Source: Malacoraja senta
Taxonomy: Eukaryota
Reading direction: 5' to 3'
Assembly (NCBI GenBank): GCA_038087875.1
Contig: CM075993.1
Coordinates: 12,092,001 to 12,156,000 of the forward strand
DNA: 64,000 bases
Made by a program: the position numbers and the translations under genes
Notes under the pieces: generated by a model
Told to the model about the DNA's origin: nothing
Databases searched by the model: none
The model's input: only the letters and a program-made list of their open reading frames with translations
Part shown: positions 60,166 to 64,000 of the stretch, piece after piece
How positions within the stretch are numbered: position 1 is the first letter of the stretch
Layout: the number at the start of each line of letters is the position of its first letter

Positions 60166-61532
60166 CGTGTTATGAGTCTGAGGGTATAGTCCATGTGAGG
60201 CTGCATGGATGGAACTATAAAATAAGAAGGGTGATCTCTTTGATGGGATTGTACTATAGGCCACACCAACCATCACCTATTCATTGACAGTTGTATGTTA
60301 TCCTACTTTCTGATCCACTCCCTACACACTAGGGGGAATTTACAGAGGCCAATTAACCTATAGACCCCCACGTCTTTGGGATGTGGGAGGAAACCAGAGC
60401 ACCCGGAGGAAACCCACGCTGTCCCAGGGGTGAACACGCAAACTCCACACTGAGGGCACCTGAGGTCAGGATCAAATTCAGGTCTTGAAGCAGCAGCTTT
60501 GAGACAGCAGCTCTTCCAGCTGCGACACAGGATCTTAGACAGAAACTTGCAGAGGTTATGGAGGAAGGAACTGTAGATGCTGGTTTACACCGAAGATAGA
60601 CCAAAAATCCAAAGTAACTTGGTCAGGCAGCATCTCTGGGGGAGAGGAATAGGTGATGTTTTGCGTCTCCGGTTTTCTGCATTTTACAGGTAAAGAAATA
60701 CTTATCAAGTCGGAGGCTTTTAAGAGTGGGATAGGGAGAGTTCAGGGTCAGCATATCCCTGTTCGAGTGAAGGTATCATCGCTAGAAATGGTGCATAAAA
60801 GATTCACGAGGATGTTACAGGGACGGGAGGGTTTAAGTTATGAGGAGGGACTGGATAGGCTGAAGCCTTTTTCCCTGGAGTGCAGGAGGCTGAGGACATG
60901 TATAAACTCATGAGGGGCAGAGATAAGATGGATGGTCAACACTGATCCTTTCCCAGTGTCAGCCACTTTAAAACTCGAGGGCATAGATTTAAGTTGGGAG
61001 GGGAAAGATTTGAAAGTGATATGAAGTATAACTGGGATGGTGGGTGCATGGAACGAACTGCCAGAGGAAGCTGGTGCAAATGTGAAGTTTAAAAGACATT
61101 TAGCCAAAAACATGGATGAGAAATTGTTAGACGGATATGGGGCAAATGTATGGGACCATCTTGGTCAGCATGAACGAGTCGGGCCGAATGACCTGTTTCT
61201 GTGTTTCTATGACTCACTAACCCTTGACCTACGAAGACAAGCACACCAAATGGCAACTTCCTGTGTCACCAGTTTCAGGGAGCCATGGACTTGCATGTCC
61301 ATCAACTCTCATACCCTCCCTAATATTAACTCCATATTTACAACTGCAATTTGACCACGGAAAGTACAACATCGTACATCTGTCTGGATTCAATTTCATC
61401 TGACCAACTTTCCCACTGCATCTTTAGACAACGTTTCTTCATCTACAATCACATATTTTGGTGGTTTAGGGTCATAGAGTATACAGCAAGGTAACAGGCC
61501 CTTTAGCCCAAAATCCATGTCATAGAATGATA

Positions 61533-63159
61533 CAGTGCCCTCCATAATGTTTGGGACAAAGACCCATCATTTATTTATTTGCCTCTGTGCTCCACAATTT
61601 GAGATTTGTAATAGAAAAAATCACGTGTGGTTAAAGTGCACATTGGTCAGATTTTAATAAAGGCCATTTTTATACATTTTGGTTTCACCATGTAGAAATT
61701 ACAGCTGTGTTTATACATTGTCCCCCCCATTTCAGGGCACCATAATGTTTGGGACACAGCAGTATCATGTAAATGAAAGTAGTCTTGTTTTGTATTTTGT
61801 TGCATGTCCTTGAAGTCTGCAATTCATGGACATCACCAGTTGCTGGGTGTCTTCTCTGGTGATGATCTGCCAGGCCTGTATTGCAGCCATCTTTAGCTTA
61901 TGCTTGTTTTGGGGGCTAGTCCCCTTCAGTTTTCTCTTCAGCATATAAAAGGCATGCTCAATTGGGTTCAGATCGAGTGATTGACTTGGCCACTAAAGAA
62001 TTGACTATTTTTTAGCTTTGAAAAACCCCTTTGTTGCTTTAGCAGTATGTTTGGGATAATTGTCTTGCTGTAGAATGAACCGTCGGCCAATGAGTTTTGA
62101 GGCATTTGTTTGAACTTGAGCAGATAGGAGGTGTCTATACACTTCAGAATTCATTATGCTACTACCATCAGCAGTTGTATCATCAATGAAGATAAGTGAG
62201 CCAGTACCTTCAGCAGCCATACATGCCCAGGCCATAACACCTCCACCACCGTGTTTCACAGATGAGGTGGTATGCTTTGGATCTTGGGCAGTTCCTTCTC
62301 TCCTCCATATTTTGCTCTTGCCATCACTCTGATATAAGTTAATCTTCGTCTCATCTGTCCACAAGACCTTTTTCCAGAACTGTGGTTGCTCTTTTAAGTA
62401 CTTCTTGGCAAACTGTAACCTGGCCATCCTATTTTTGCAGCTAACCAGTGGTTTGCATCTTGCAGTGTATCCTCTGTATTTCTGTTCATGAAGTCTTCTG
62501 CAGACAATGGTCATTGACAAATCCACTCTTGACTCCTGAAGAATGTTTCTGATCTGTCGGACAGGTGTTTGGGGATTTTTCTTTATTATAGAGAGAATTC
62601 TTCTGTCATCAGCTGTGGAGGTCTTCCTTGGCCTGCCAGTCCCTTTGTGATTAGTAAGCTCACCAGTGCTCTCTTTCTTCTTAATGATGTTCCAAAGTTG
62701 ATTTTGGTAAACCTAAAGTTTGGTTGATGTCTCCAACAGTTGTATTCTTGTTTCTCAGTCTCATAATGGCTTTTTTGACTTTCATTGGCACAACTTTGGT
62801 CCTCATGTTGATAAACAGCAATAAAAGTTTCCAAAGGTGATGGAAAGACTGGAAGAAAGACTAGGTGCTGAGAGCTCCCTTATATCTGTATTAAGGAGGC
62901 AATTAAACACACCTGAGCAATTACAAACACCTGTGAAGCATTTGTGTCCCAAACATTATGGTGCCCTGAAATGGGGGGGGACTATGTATAAACACAGCTG
63001 TAATTTCTACATGGTGAAACCAAAATATATAAAAATGGCCTTTAATAAAATCTGACAATGTGCACTTTAACCACATATGATTTTTTCTATTACAAATCTC
63101 AAATTGTGGAGTACAGAGGCAAATAAATAAATGAGGGTCTTTGTCCCAAACATTATGGA
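61533..63159 (-). mobile_element. Decayed Tc1-family IR/DR transposon (different family from 5720-7336)
   Basis: TA plus CAGTGCCCTCCATAATGTTTGGGACAAAGACC left terminus; ~225-bp TIRs; right TIR lacks its last 8 bp; frameshifted transposase with WTDETK, VKHGGG, QQDN, DLNPIE. Confidence 0.92.
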
Positions 63160-63458
63160 AACAGGCCCTTCGGCCCAACTCGCCCACACTGACCAACATG
63201 CCCCAGCTACACTAGTCCCACCTGCATTTGGTCCACATCCCTCCAAACTTGTCCTATCCATGTACCTGTCTAACTGTTCCTTAAACGTTGGAATAGTCCC
63301 AGCCTCAACTACCTCCTCTGGCAGCTTGTTCCATACACCCACCACCCTTTGTGTGAAAAAGTTACCCCTTAGGTTCGTATTAAATCTTTTCCCCTTCACT
63401 TTGAACCTATGTCCCCTGGTCCTTGATTCCCCTACTCTGGGCAAGAGAATAAGCTCTG

Positions 63459-63849
63459 ACCGCCGGCCCTGCAGCCCGGTGCTTCTTGCTGCGGCTCGGC
63501 GGGGACTTTAGGTCTTCGACCACCGGCCTGCGGCCTACACCAACTTGAAGCCGTGGTCTCCGGTGGGGAGGCACCGATTCAGGACTTACTTGGGACTTAC
63601 CTTGTCTGAACATCTGGACGCCCGCAGTGATGACTGCGGAGGGTTGAGGTCCCGACCACGGGGGGAAATGGAGGAGGACTGGCCAAATTGTGTGCCTTCC
63701 ACCACAGTGATGAATGCTGTGGTGGATGTTTGTGTTAAATTTTTATTGTGTATTGTGTGTTCTTTTTTTTATTGTACCGCTGCTGGCAAATTCAGTTCAC
63801 TTGCACTTTATGTGCAAGTGAGGAATAAAACTTGACGACTTGACTTGAG
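63459..63849 (+). mobile_element. GC-rich non-coding retroposon with (TTGAC)n tail
   Basis: Homologous to 25691-25950; AATAAA then TTGACGACTTGACTTGA. Confidence 0.7.
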
Positions 63850-64000
63850 ATTCTGTGCTACCCGATCTATTCCTTTCATGATTTTATACACCTCTATAAG
63901 ATCAATATACTTCACCAATATACTTTATCTAAACTTTTCTCATTTGCCTTCCTTTGGCCCATATCCCTCTAAACCTTTCATATCCATATACTTGTCCAAG

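Overview
Eukaryotic genomic DNA made almost entirely of nested transposable elements; I can recognise no host exon, tRNA or rRNA gene. The repeat mix (CR1, Rex1/Babar-like, L1, Neptune-type Penelope, V-SINE/HE1-like SINEs) suggests a cartilaginous fish, probably a skate or ray (inference). Main contents: (1) a decayed Gypsy pol (713-5719); (2) a full-length Passport-like Tc1 with an open DD34E transposase (5720-7336); (3) a DIRS element recognisable by its ITR/ICR architecture (11804-17720); (4) two PIF/Harbinger MITEs; (5) a young Gypsy element whose single 850-aa ORF is Gag-protease-integrase with RT/RNase H missing in frame (28878-31969); (6) an 11.8-kb class I (epsilon-like) env-less endogenous retrovirus with tRNA-Pro PBS, 4-bp TSD and a putative 2H phosphodiesterase between protease and RT (35282-47126); (7) a TRIM-like Gypsy derivative inflated to 8 kb by six later insertions (48146-56159); (8) about nine Penelope-associated minimal hammerhead ribozyme motifs; (9) a second, decayed Tc1; (10) a 200-N assembly gap. 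All alignments were done by eye; fragment boundaries without TSD or terminal-repeat support are approximate.
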